Assembly (NCBI GenBank): GCA_038230355.1
Contig: JBBRNK010000014.1
Span: forward strand, 24,747 to 88,746
Source of the DNA: Mycobacteriales bacterium
GTDB lineage: Bacteria; Actinomycetota; Actinomycetes; Mycobacteriales; SCTD01
Length of the DNA stretch: 64,000 bases
Reading direction: 5' to 3'
Shown: positions 25,700-33,607 of the stretch, in pieces
Position numbering within the stretch: the first letter of the stretch is position 1
Layout of the letters: each line of letters begins with the position of its first letter
The notes under the pieces: model-generated
Told to the model about the DNA's origin: nothing
Database searches by the model: none
Seen by the model: only the letters and a program-made list of their open reading frames with translations
Position numbers and translations under genes: made by a program

Positions 25700-25727
25700 C
25701 GGTTCATAAGCGCGGATGTATGAACCG
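25700..25727. promoter_or_regulatory. AT-rich 9-10-9 inverted repeat CGGTTCATA-N10-TATGAACCG
   Basis: Read directly from the sequence. Lies between tRNA-Ser (3' end at 25771) and the CHRD start (25624) on the minus-strand transcription path. Could be a tRNA terminator hairpin or an operator. Confidence 0.3.
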
Positions 25728-25770
25728 TCATGAGTACGAGGGACGTCTGACCTCGACCGGGTAGGGAGAG

Positions 25771-25859
25771 CGGAGGGTGTGGGGTTCGAACCCACGAGAC
25801 GGGATCAACCGCCTGGCCGCTTTCAAGGCGGCTGCACTAGTCCACTATGCGAACCCTCC
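25771..25859 (-). tRNA. tRNA-Ser(UGA): tRNA-Ser, anticodon UGA
   Basis: Manual cloverleaf: acceptor GGAGGGT/ACCCTCC, D-arm GCAT/GTGC, anticodon stem GCCGC/GCGGC with loop CTTGAAA, long variable arm AGGCGG..CCGTCT, T-arm GTGGG-TTCGAAC-CCCAC, discriminator G. CCA is not encoded. Confidence 0.9.
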
Positions 25860-25968
25860 AGGCCCCTGACTCACACCGCTGCCCTCGAAGAAGGGGGCGG
25901 AGCGTTTAGGGGGTGAAGCAGGAGACTACGTTCCCGCGGCCTTCCGCCGGGCTCTGGGCACACGGCCG

Positions 25969-28900
25969 TCACTGGCTGCCGTGGCCCGGTCCACCGCTTC
26001 GGTCGACCGGCTGGGACAACGGCAGGGCGGGACCTACGTCGCCGACCCACCCGCGCTCGGGGTCCAGGCGCCACAGTTGCCCGTCCGCTGGGTCCACGAC
26101 CTGCAGGGCGACCCAATCCCCGAGGACGAGGCGAGCGAGATCGGGTTGGCGGGAGAGCACGGCATCGACCGTCGAGGGCGGTGCGCACACGATCGCCAGC
26201 AGGCGCACCGGATCGTGCTGCGGGAGCCCGGTCCAGCGGCCACCGTCGGGTGCGTGCGCGGAGACTGCCTGCCACGGCAGGCCGATGCGCAGATCGCCCC
26301 GGACCCCGGTCAGGACTCCGGACAGCGCATGCTCGGTGCCCTCGGCCCCGATCACGATGTTGTGGGTGGTTTTGTCCCCCGCCCCGAAGCGTTCCGGGTC
26401 GACGGTGGAGCACCAGTAGGCCGAGCTGATCCATTGCGCGACCACCAGCGGCCCGGCCATGAGCGTTTCCAGCAGGGTCCCGTCGGGGTCGATGTCGGGT
26501 CGGTAGGACTGCAGGAATACGCGGCCACCCAGGTCGCTGTCGACGGTCAAGGAGCGAGGCCCGATCACCATGGCAGCATTGCCGGCCAGGCCCCACTCGG
26601 GTCGGACCTGCGCCCAGTCACCGGCGCGCCGGTCGAGTTGTCGCCTGAGGCGAGCCGATGATGCCGTCGGGTCCGCCTGGGGCAGGTCCTTGGCGCGCTC
26701 TCGGGCAACGCCGTCGCCGGCAACCTTCAGGTCCCTGACCAGGTGGGCGAGGGTGGATTCGGCGGCCACGTCGACGTCGAGGATCGTGACGCTGTCCCGA
26801 GTGGTGTCGTGCAGCGCAGCGACGAACTGCGTGCCGCGCACGTCCATGCCCCGCACGAACAGGCCCGCAACGACGCGGGGGTCGGACAGGACCTGCACCA
26901 TCGCGCGTGCGCTCACGTCACCGGACCGTCCGCCGCAGGCGCCACAGTCGTACGCCGCAAGGTGGGGGTTGTTGGTCGCGGCGCCACCGTGGCCGCACAG
27001 GACCACCAAGGGCGCCGGCTCGACCAACCCGGTGCTGCTCAGGAAGGCAGCGGCAAGGTCGACGAGTTCGGTGACACCGAAGTTTTCTGCTGACACCGCG
27101 CCGCCGTCGGGCCGGGGGGAGGAGAGGGAGTCCGGCGCCGTGATGACGTCAAGGGGGCCGCGGGTCGGCGCGCCTACAGCGTGTCGAAGGTCGGCGGCCC
27201 GGTGCGACCACCAGGCGGGCGCGGCGGTGCGCAGGGCGGCCAGCGGCCCCAGGACCCACCCGGACCCCTCCGCCAGGGTGAACGGCGTGAAGGGTCGAGC
27301 TTCCATGCCGTGCACGGCGTCGAAGGCCTCCGTGGTCGACCACGACCATCGACGCGGTGCCGCCGTCTCGCGAACGGTGCGGTCCGGGCGCAGGAGCACC
27401 GGGCACCGCTCGGAGACCGCCCCGGTGGGTGAGACGTGGCGCAGGGGCAGCCCAAAGAACCCGGCCGCGCCATAGGTCTCCCACGGTCCGGTCACCTCGA
27501 GCTGGCGGCGCAGCCGCTCGGAGCGAACGTCGATGCAGAGCACGACCTGGGCGTCGGGACCGCCGGGCGCTCGCGACGACACCCCGATGCCACCCCCACC
27601 GCCGGCAAGCTCTGCAGCTCGGGCCTGCACCCCCCGGACAAGGGGACGCCGCACAGCGCTCTCCCACACCTCCAGCCGAAGGCGTTCCACGCCGTACGAG
27701 ACGACCGTCGCGATCAGGGTCGTGAGCTCGTCGACGTCGCGCGCGTCGAGCCGCACGCCATCAACTTCGAGCTCGCGCAGGACGGCTGCCAGGTCTGGGC
27801 CCGGTCCAGGGTCGGCGGCGGCGGCGGCGGGACCTCGCGCAGGGTGGGTGAGCACGTCCAGCAGCCGCACCGACACGAGGTCGGCGTAGGCGTCCGCCCT
27901 CGCCCGGTCGCCCTGTTCCGCGATCACGCCGGGCAGGGCGACGCGTTGACGCAGCCTCCAGGCGACGTGCGCCGCCCACCCGGCACCCTCGGTGAGCAGC
28001 TGACCCAGCACCACCATCTCGGGTTCCCCGGACGGGTCGAGCGCCTCGAGCATGACCGCCACCGCGTCAACGGGATCGGCGGGCAGGGCTGTCGCGAGGT
28101 CCCGGGCACCGGTAACCCCGAGGCCGGCATCGAGGGCCGCGTCTGCTCGGGCGGCGGCCCAGACCCCGCCCGGCGCGGTCGGCCAGGCCGCGTCCCCGTA
28201 GACCCGGGCGAGCAGCAGGTCCGCGTACGCCGACGGCACACGTCGACTTTGCCTGCGGGGCCAGCCGTCGTGCAGCAGAACGGCGCGAACCACGTCCACT
28301 CGAGCGACCTTGCCACACAGGGGGGCACGTGGGTCGAGGAACTGCGCGCATCCCTGCAGAAGCGCCTCGTCGTCGATCCGCCCGGCCGACAGCGCGCGGC
28401 CGAACAGGTCTGCACCCGGGCCCGTGGCATTGCCCCAGACCCGTGCGGCCAGCGCCAGCGCGTCGTGGAACTCCAGGCACTCCAACGACGCGAGAGGGTT
28501 GGAGGCGACGAACGACTCGAGCGGCCAGGCCGGAGACACGATGTCGCCGGCTGCAAGCAGCAGGGCGCGGGTGCGCGCAGCCTGTTCGACTGACGGCCCG
28601 CTGGCCACCGCCGTCACAAGGTCAGGGTTGACCACCGGGGCCGACACCACCACCTGGCGCAGCGTCCGGGGGGGTAGGGACGTGGCCGCGACCGCGTCGA
28701 CGATCCAGCGGACGCCACCGGAGCGAGCTCGGCGGTCCAGCCACCAGAACGCAGCGCCGGCGGTGACCAGGAACAGCACGAGCAGGCTGACCTTCACAGC
28801 TCCGGTCTGGCCCCACGAGGGGGTGGACGAGGCCAACAGCCCGTCGGTGGCGGTGGTCAGCGCGCGCAGCCCCAGCAGGTAGCCCACCACGGCGAGCACC

Positions 28901-30099
28901 GTCACGGCTGTGGCTGCTGCATGGGCGCGCGTCCTGAGACGGTGTGCACCAAGCAGTGCGGAGCCCAACGCGGTCGCCGCCAGGATCACCGGAAGTGCGG
29001 CGGCCGGACCCACCAAGAGCGGCGAGCCCCACGGACCAGGAACCACTGCAGCGGCGGCGACCACGCCCACGGCTGCCGCCACACCCACGATGGTGCGCCG
29101 ACCACCCACGAGCGGAGGCGGAGCGACCCCGCGCCGGGCCCGCTCGACCGCGCCACCCGCACCGAGGAACAGCGACGCCTTCCACATCCCGTGGCCGACG
29201 AGGTGGGCCAGGGCGGCTGCCGGCAGGCCGAGCGCGACCTGCACGCCGAGATAGCCCATCTGTGCTGTCGTCGATCCGGCCAGTCTGCCTTTGAGGTCGG
29301 GGCGGGTCCGGACCTGCGCGGTACCCATCAGCGCAGTCGCCACCGCCAGCCCCAGAAGCACACCACGGGCTGTCGCCGAGGGCGCGAGCACCGGCCACAG
29401 CAGCAACCCGAGCACCCCGACCCCGTTGACCAGTCCTGCATGCAGCAGTGCACTCACCGGAGAGGGAGCCTCGGCGGTCTCCGGCAGCCATCGATGGGCC
29501 GGCACGAGGGCGCTGCGCGCGACACCAGCGGCCACCACGAGCAAGGCGAGCACGGTCACCGTGGAGGCAGGTGCAGAGGAGACCGCGGCAGGTAGGCCGT
29601 CCAGCCGCAGTGTGTGCAGCTGAACCCCTGTCACCACCACCGCGGCCCACAGCGCGGCATCACCCACCAGCAGCCGGGAGGTCACGATGAGGGACGAGCG
29701 GCGGGCGTCCACGGTGCCCGTGTGGCCGACCAGCGCCGCCACTGCCAGCCCGCCCACCGTCCAACCCAGCGCGAGCTGCACCAGGCTCGGCGCCACGACC
29801 GCCGAGACCAGGGCGACGACCCCGACCACCTCGAGGGCGGCGAACCGGGCCAGACGGGGCTGTCCTACGAGGTTGCGGGCCGCATACGCGGCGACAACCG
29901 CACCGATCCCCGAGACGAGGACCAGCAGGAGCCAGGAGACCAGGCCACCGACCACGCCGAACGGCGACGTGCCGAGACGCCCCAGGTCCAGCAGGACCGG
30001 CGTCCAGGCGAAGGGATGGACGACGGCCACGGGCAGTAGCACGAGGACGCCGGCCAGCAGGGCCACCAGCAGGTTCCGCGCGAAGCGAAGCAGTAACAT
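25969..30099 (-). CDS. dabBA: fused DabB-DabA inorganic-carbon transporter homolog (NuoL/MrpA-like proton-conducting module + DUF2309 module in one ORF)
   Basis: Uninterrupted 1376 codons from ATG 30099. The N-terminal ~470 aa carry HRWLPETAEAPSPVSALLHAG and HLVGHGMWKASLFLGAG (NuoL-like). The C-terminal ~880 aa carry SPAWPLESFVASNPL, VLCIDVRSERLRR, LCGHGGAATNNPHLAAYDCGACGG and WAQVRPEWGL (DUF2309/DabA hallmarks). The domain junction is near nt 28630. Confidence 0.85.
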   Translation of the reverse strand: MLLLRFARNLLVALLAGVLVLLPVAVVHPFAWTPVLLDLGRLGTSPFGVVGGLVSWLLLVLVSGIGAVVAAYAARNLVGQPRLARFAALEVVGVVALVSAVVAPSLVQLALGWTVGGLAVAALVGHTGTVDARRSSLIVTSRLLVGDAALWAAVVVTGVQLHTLRLDGLPAAVSSAPASTVTVLALLVVAAGVARSALVPAHRWLPETAEAPSPVSALLHAGLVNGVGVLGLLLWPVLAPSATARGVLLGLAVATALMGTAQVRTRPDLKGRLAGSTTAQMGYLGVQVALGLPAAALAHLVGHGMWKASLFLGAGGAVERARRGVAPPPLVGGRRTIVGVAAAVGVVAAAAVVPGPWGSPLLVGPAAALPVILAATALGSALLGAHRLRTRAHAAATAVTVLAVVGYLLGLRALTTATDGLLASSTPSWGQTGAVKVSLLVLFLVTAGAAFWWLDRRARSGGVRWIVDAVAATSLPPRTLRQVVVSAPVVNPDLVTAVASGPSVEQAARTRALLLAAGDIVSPAWPLESFVASNPLASLECLEFHDALALAARVWGNATGPGADLFGRALSAGRIDDEALLQGCAQFLDPRAPLCGKVARVDVVRAVLLHDGWPRRQSRRVPSAYADLLLARVYGDAAWPTAPGGVWAAARADAALDAGLGVTGARDLATALPADPVDAVAVMLEALDPSGEPEMVVLGQLLTEGAGWAAHVAWRLRQRVALPGVIAEQGDRARADAYADLVSVRLLDVLTHPARGPAAAAADPGPGPDLAAVLRELEVDGVRLDARDVDELTTLIATVVSYGVERLRLEVWESAVRRPLVRGVQARAAELAGGGGGIGVSSRAPGGPDAQVVLCIDVRSERLRRQLEVTGPWETYGAAGFFGLPLRHVSPTGAVSERCPVLLRPDRTVRETAAPRRWSWSTTEAFDAVHGMEARPFTPFTLAEGSGWVLGPLAALRTAAPAWWSHRAADLRHAVGAPTRGPLDVITAPDSLSSPRPDGGAVSAENFGVTELVDLAAAFLSSTGLVEPAPLVVLCGHGGAATNNPHLAAYDCGACGGRSGDVSARAMVQVLSDPRVVAGLFVRGMDVRGTQFVAALHDTTRDSVTILDVDVAAESTLAHLVRDLKVAGDGVARERAKDLPQADPTASSARLRRQLDRRAGDWAQVRPEWGLAGNAAMVIGPRSLTVDSDLGGRVFLQSYRPDIDPDGTLLETLMAGPLVVAQWISSAYWCSTVDPERFGAGDKTTHNIVIGAEGTEHALSGVLTGVRGDLRIGLPWQAVSAHAPDGGRWTGLPQHDPVRLLAIVCAPPSTVDAVLSRQPDLARLVLGDWVALQVVDPADGQLWRLDPERGWVGDVGPALPLSQPVDRSGGPGHGSQ

Positions 30100-30107
30100 A
30101 CGAACCA

Positions 30108-30121
30108 CAATACACGTATTG
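30108..30121. promoter_or_regulatory. perfect 6-2-6 palindrome CAATAC-AC-GTATTG in the dabBA/wHTH divergent intergenic region
   Basis: Read directly in an unusually AT-rich stretch. It overlaps a minus-strand TATTGT -10-like hexamer (30107..30112) that ends 7 nt before the dabBA ATG. Confidence 0.4.
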
Positions 30122-30178
30122 CAATTCAAGTGTCTGGGATCTGGCTCGATCGGTCATGATGAAGGGGTGAACAACAAC

Positions 30179-30472
30179 GTGGCACCGGAGGTGGGCCACG
30201 TGGTCAGGTCGTGGACGCTGTTGACCAACCACGGCCGACTGCTCCTGCTCATCTCAGCCAACCCCGAGGCGCGCCTGCGTGACCTTGCAGAGCAGGCCGG
30301 GATCACCGAACGTGCGGCAAGCTCGATCGTGGGTGACCTCGGAGAAGCCGGCTACGTGACCTGGACGCGGGTCGGACGCCGTAACAGCTACGTCGTCCAC
30401 CCAGACCGGCCGTTCCGTCACCCTGCCGAGGCCGGCCACGACATCGGCGAGCTCCTGTCGCTGTTCCCCTGA
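30179..30472 (+). CDS. small winged-helix (ArsR/MarR-like) transcriptional regulator
   Basis: About 97 aa. LRDLAEQAGITERAASSIVGDLGEAGYVTWTRVGRRNSY is an HTH plus wing. Divergent from dabBA. Alternative GTG starts at 30167 and 30191. Confidence 0.65.
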   Translation: MAPEVGHVVRSWTLLTNHGRLLLLISANPEARLRDLAEQAGITERAASSIVGDLGEAGYVTWTRVGRRNSYVVHPDRPFRHPAEAGHDIGELLSLFP

Positions 30473-30497
30473 CCCAGCGCCGCTGCGGAAAGACGCC

Positions 30498-30739
30498 ATG
30501 TCAGCGCATGACCACCACCACGGTCTCACCGCAGCACTGGCCACCCGGCACGGCAAGCACCCGCTGATCGCCCCGTACCTCGCCGACCCGGTGACGCCGT
30601 CAAGGGCATCACCGACCCCGAGACCCTGCACGAGGCCATCGCTACCGCCTACCGGCTCGAAGGAGTTCAGCTAGGCAACCCCTGCTCCACCTGCGGCACA
30701 CCGACGGCGGTCAAGGTGGACCTCGAGCACATCCGCTGA
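30498..30739 (+). pseudogene. frameshifted remnant of a small conserved ORF
   Basis: ATG 30498 gives MSAHDHHHGLTAALATRHGKHPLIAPYLADP.., then drifts into low-complexity sequence. A different frame continues with protein-like ..VKGITDPETLHEAIATAYRLEGVQLGNPCSTCGTPTAVKVDLEHIR ending at TGA 30737-30739. A single indel would join the two. Confidence 0.35.
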
Positions 30740-31134
30740 TCGTGCACGTAGGGACGGCCGGGGAAGTCGACGACGGGTGGGCGCGCAACATCCCGCCCCA
30801 GGCAGTGCACATGGGAGCTGCCTGCTGGCCGGGGCCCCTGACGCTCGTCCGCACCCGGGGGCCTCGATCGGGCGACCACGCAATCGGAGGTCAGACCACT
30901 TTCGGGTTGCGCGTGCCCTCGCACCCGACCGCACACGAGCTACTCCTGGCGTTCGGCGCAGTCGTGGCAGCTCCGTGTGCTGACCGCTTCGGTCGGGCCT
31001 CGCCGACGGCCGTCGAGCTCGTCCTGGACGAGCTGGGCACCTCCCTGGACTCGCGGCGCAACGTCGTACTCGCAGGCGTCGATTCCCATGTCGGTGTCGA
31101 GTCGACGATCATGGACTGCACGGGCGCCAGCCCC
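30715..31134 (+). pseudogene. N-terminally truncated, degenerate YrdC/Sua5 (TsaC)-domain remnant, in frame with plsY
   Basis: GGPRAHPLIVHV...WPGPLTLV...FGLRVPSHP...AAPCADRFGRASPT...VESTIMDCTG parallels the second half of the YrdC domain (KGRPxxNPLIVHV / WPGPLTL / RxPxHP / PSANxSG / ESTIxD). The N-terminal half (PTDTxYGL) is absent, there is no canonical start upstream of GTG 30742, and the PSAN motif is altered. Confidence 0.5.
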
Positions 31135-31275
31135 ATGACGGCGCACTGGCCGCAGCCGTTCATGACGCCTATGTCGTGCCGCCCATGCCCCAAGCTGACG
31201 TGGGCACAGCTCTTGGCCCATGACCGGCGTACCGCCCGTCGGAGCCGCGTCCGGCGGCGTGGGAGGCTCTCGGTC

Positions 31276-31890
31276 GTGACCCTGACCCGCTCGGCCGCAG
31301 CCGTCGCAGCCGGCTACCTCCTGGGGACCGTGCCCGCAGCCGACCTCGCCGGCCGGCTCGTCGGGGTGAGCGTCCGGACCGCCGGCACCGGGAACCCCGG
31401 AGCCATCAACGCCTCCGTGCTGCTCGGCAAGCGCTGGGGCACGGCGGTCGCTGGCGTCGACATGGCAAAGGGCTGTGCGGCGGGGCTGCTCGGCCGGCAG
31501 GTCGGTCCGGCGACGGCCTACGCGACGGCGACGGCCGCGGTCGTGGGACATGTCTTCCCGGTCTGGTCGAGGTTCCAGGGGGGCAAGGGCGTCGCGACGT
31601 CGTACGGCGCGGTGGTGGGGGTCTTCCCGGCCTACGCGGTGCCGGACCTGCTGGTGGCCGGGGCCGCTGCCCGGCTGACCAAGGATCCGCGCCGCGCCAA
31701 CGACATCTCCAGTGCGGCGTGGACCGGGGCGGCGTTGCTCTGGTGGGCAAGGCGCCTGCCGAACCTCTGGGGCCCGACGCCGACGGTCGCGCTCCCCCTG
31801 CACGCAGCCGCCACCAGCGCCCTGATCAGCTGGCGCTTCCGCCAGCCGGAGCGGGTCAGCGGCGGCATGCGGCTCGGGGACCCGGCGTGA
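31276..31890 (+). CDS. plsY: acyl-phosphate:glycerol-3-phosphate acyltransferase
   Basis: GTG 31276 with GGGAGG 9-10 nt upstream. AAGYLLGTVP, TGNPGAINA and FQGGKGVATSYG match PlsY motifs. The ORF as computed (30742..31890) reads through from the YrdC remnant. Confidence 0.8.
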   Translation: MTLTRSAAAVAAGYLLGTVPAADLAGRLVGVSVRTAGTGNPGAINASVLLGKRWGTAVAGVDMAKGCAAGLLGRQVGPATAYATATAAVVGHVFPVWSRFQGGKGVATSYGAVVGVFPAYAVPDLLVAGAAARLTKDPRRANDISSAAWTGAALLWWARRLPNLWGPTPTVALPLHAAATSALISWRFRQPERVSGGMRLGDPA

Positions 31891-32393
31891 CCGACCGGAT
31901 GCCCCTGCCCGGGTCGCTGTCGATCGGTCGGGACTGCTTCGCCTGCGGGCTCGACAACGACCGAGGGCTCCACATCCCTTACGAGAAGGTCGGCGACCGG
32001 GTCGAGGCCCTGTTCACCCTCGGCGAGGAGTTCTCCGGTGCACCTGCCTATGTGCACGGAGGGGTGATCATGACGGTGCTCGACGAGGGCATGGCCTGGG
32101 CCACGATCGCGCTGCGCTCCCGGTTCGCTGTCACCACCGAGTTCACCTCCGCCTTCAGACGGCCGGTGCTCGTCGGCCAGCCGCACACGCTGGTCGCCGA
32201 GTGCGGGCTTCTCGAGGAGGACGGCCGCACCCTGCGCGTGACGGCCAGCATCAGCCGCGCCGACGGCAAGCTGTGCACGCAAGCGAGCGCCCGCTACTAC
32301 GCGATGACCGTCGAGGAGACCGCCGCCTCGGCCGGGATCCCGGCGCTGCCCCAGGAGATGACGCGGGCCTTCGGCTTCGCCGAGGGCTCGTGA
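31887..32393 (+). CDS. PaaI-family hotdog thioesterase
   Basis: GTGA overlap with plsY (alternative ATG at 31899). Has a CFACG N-terminal zinc-ribbon-like element, and the YVHGGVIMTVLDEGMAWA core is typical of PaaI/4HBT thioesterases. Confidence 0.75.
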   Translation: MTDRMPLPGSLSIGRDCFACGLDNDRGLHIPYEKVGDRVEALFTLGEEFSGAPAYVHGGVIMTVLDEGMAWATIALRSRFAVTTEFTSAFRRPVLVGQPHTLVAECGLLEEDGRTLRVTASISRADGKLCTQASARYYAMTVEETAASAGIPALPQEMTRAFGFAEGS

Positions 32394-33607
32394 CCTGGGC
32401 CGTCATCGGTGCCGGCTACACCGGGATCGCCGTAGCCGCAGCCCTTCTGGACGCGGGTTTGGGCGTCGAGGTGCTCGACCGGCGACCCGTCGTCGGGGGC
32501 CTGTGGGTCGACGGGACCTACGACTCGGTCCGCCTCATCACCAGCCGCAAGGTAACCGCCTTCGACGGCCGCCCGCTCCCGAACGGACCGACCTTCCCCA
32601 CCGGCCCGGAGCTGCTCGCCTACCTCACGGGGACGGCAACGAGCACCGGGGTGCTCGACCACTTCCGGGGGTCCAGCCAGGTCCTGTCAGTCACCCCCGA
32701 GGGCGCCGGCTGGGCGGTGACCACCGCGACCGGCCACACGTCGTACGACGGAGTCGTGCTGGCGACGGGTCTGTTCCAGGTGCCTCGGATCCCCGTGCTG
32801 CCAGGCGTTCTGATCATCCCCCAGCTGCACACGTCGGCCTACCGGCACCCGGGGCAGCTCGGTGACGACGTCCTGGTGGTCGGGCTCGGCAACTCGGGGG
32901 CCGACGTCGCGCAGGACGCCGTCGCCGCCGGGAAACGGGTCACCCTCGCGGTCTCCCGCGGCCGACACGTCGTCCCCCGCAGGATCCTGGGCTCTCCGGT
33001 CGTCGAGCTGCGCCGCCCTGCCCTGCTGCCCGAGCTCCCGATGCGGCTGGGGCTGGACGCCCTGGTGCGCATGGGCTCCTGGCGCTCAGGTCGACTGCCC
33101 GCGCCACGGCACCTGGTCCTGGCCGAGTCCCCGGTGGTGCACTCCGCCCTGCTGCCGCTGGTCGCCTCGCGCGCGGTCACCGTGCGGGCGGGGGTGAGCG
33201 CACTGTGCGGCAACGAGGTGGCCTTCAGCGACGGGAGCACCAAGGGTTTCGACACCGTCGTGTGGGCCACCGGCTACGACTACGACCTTCCCATCGACCG
33301 CGCTCACCTCGACGGCGGGGCCGGGGGCTACCGCTCAGCGCCACCGAGGCTGGTCGGGGGTGCCTGGTCGGCGGTCTCCCGAGGCCTGGCGGCCGTCGGC
33401 CACCGGGAGCCGCGAGGCGGTCGCGGGCCGTACCTGTCCGCACTGGCCGGGCTGGTGGCGGCGGGGGCCCGCGCCCAGGGCTGGGTGGACGAACCCGTTG
33501 GCCGACACCTGGCCGACACGGTCCGACCGACGGCTTCGGTGTTCGTCGACAACGCCCCGGAGATCAGGACCCTGCGCCTGCTGACGGCAGCCGCAAACCG
33601 GCTCTGA
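32390..33607 (+). CDS. flavin-containing (class B-like) monooxygenase / NAD(P)-binding oxidoreductase
   Basis: GTGA overlap start. FAD fold VIGAGYTGIAVA...VGGLW and a second dinucleotide fold VVGLGNSGADVA. Confidence 0.75.
   Translation: MTWAVIGAGYTGIAVAAALLDAGLGVEVLDRRPVVGGLWVDGTYDSVRLITSRKVTAFDGRPLPNGPTFPTGPELLAYLTGTATSTGVLDHFRGSSQVLSVTPEGAGWAVTTATGHTSYDGVVLATGLFQVPRIPVLPGVLIIPQLHTSAYRHPGQLGDDVLVVGLGNSGADVAQDAVAAGKRVTLAVSRGRHVVPRRILGSPVVELRRPALLPELPMRLGLDALVRMGSWRSGRLPAPRHLVLAESPVVHSALLPLVASRAVTVRAGVSALCGNEVAFSDGSTKGFDTVVWATGYDYDLPIDRAHLDGGAGGYRSAPPRLVGGAWSAVSRGLAAVGHREPRGGRGPYLSALAGLVAAGARAQGWVDEPVGRHLADTVRPTASVFVDNAPEIRTLRLLTAAANRL

Noticed and set aside
25771-30472. tRNA-Ser next to the dabBA locus as a possible genomic-island integration site
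   Set aside because: There is no integrase or recombinase, I could find no direct repeat of the tRNA 3' end in the window, and apart from the short AT-rich promoter regions I saw no obvious compositional shift.
30254-30631. 125-aa minus-strand ORF overlapping the wHTH regulator gene and the decay patch
   Set aside because: It is antisense to the HTH-bearing plus-strand ORF and has no motif, start context or characteristic composition of its own.
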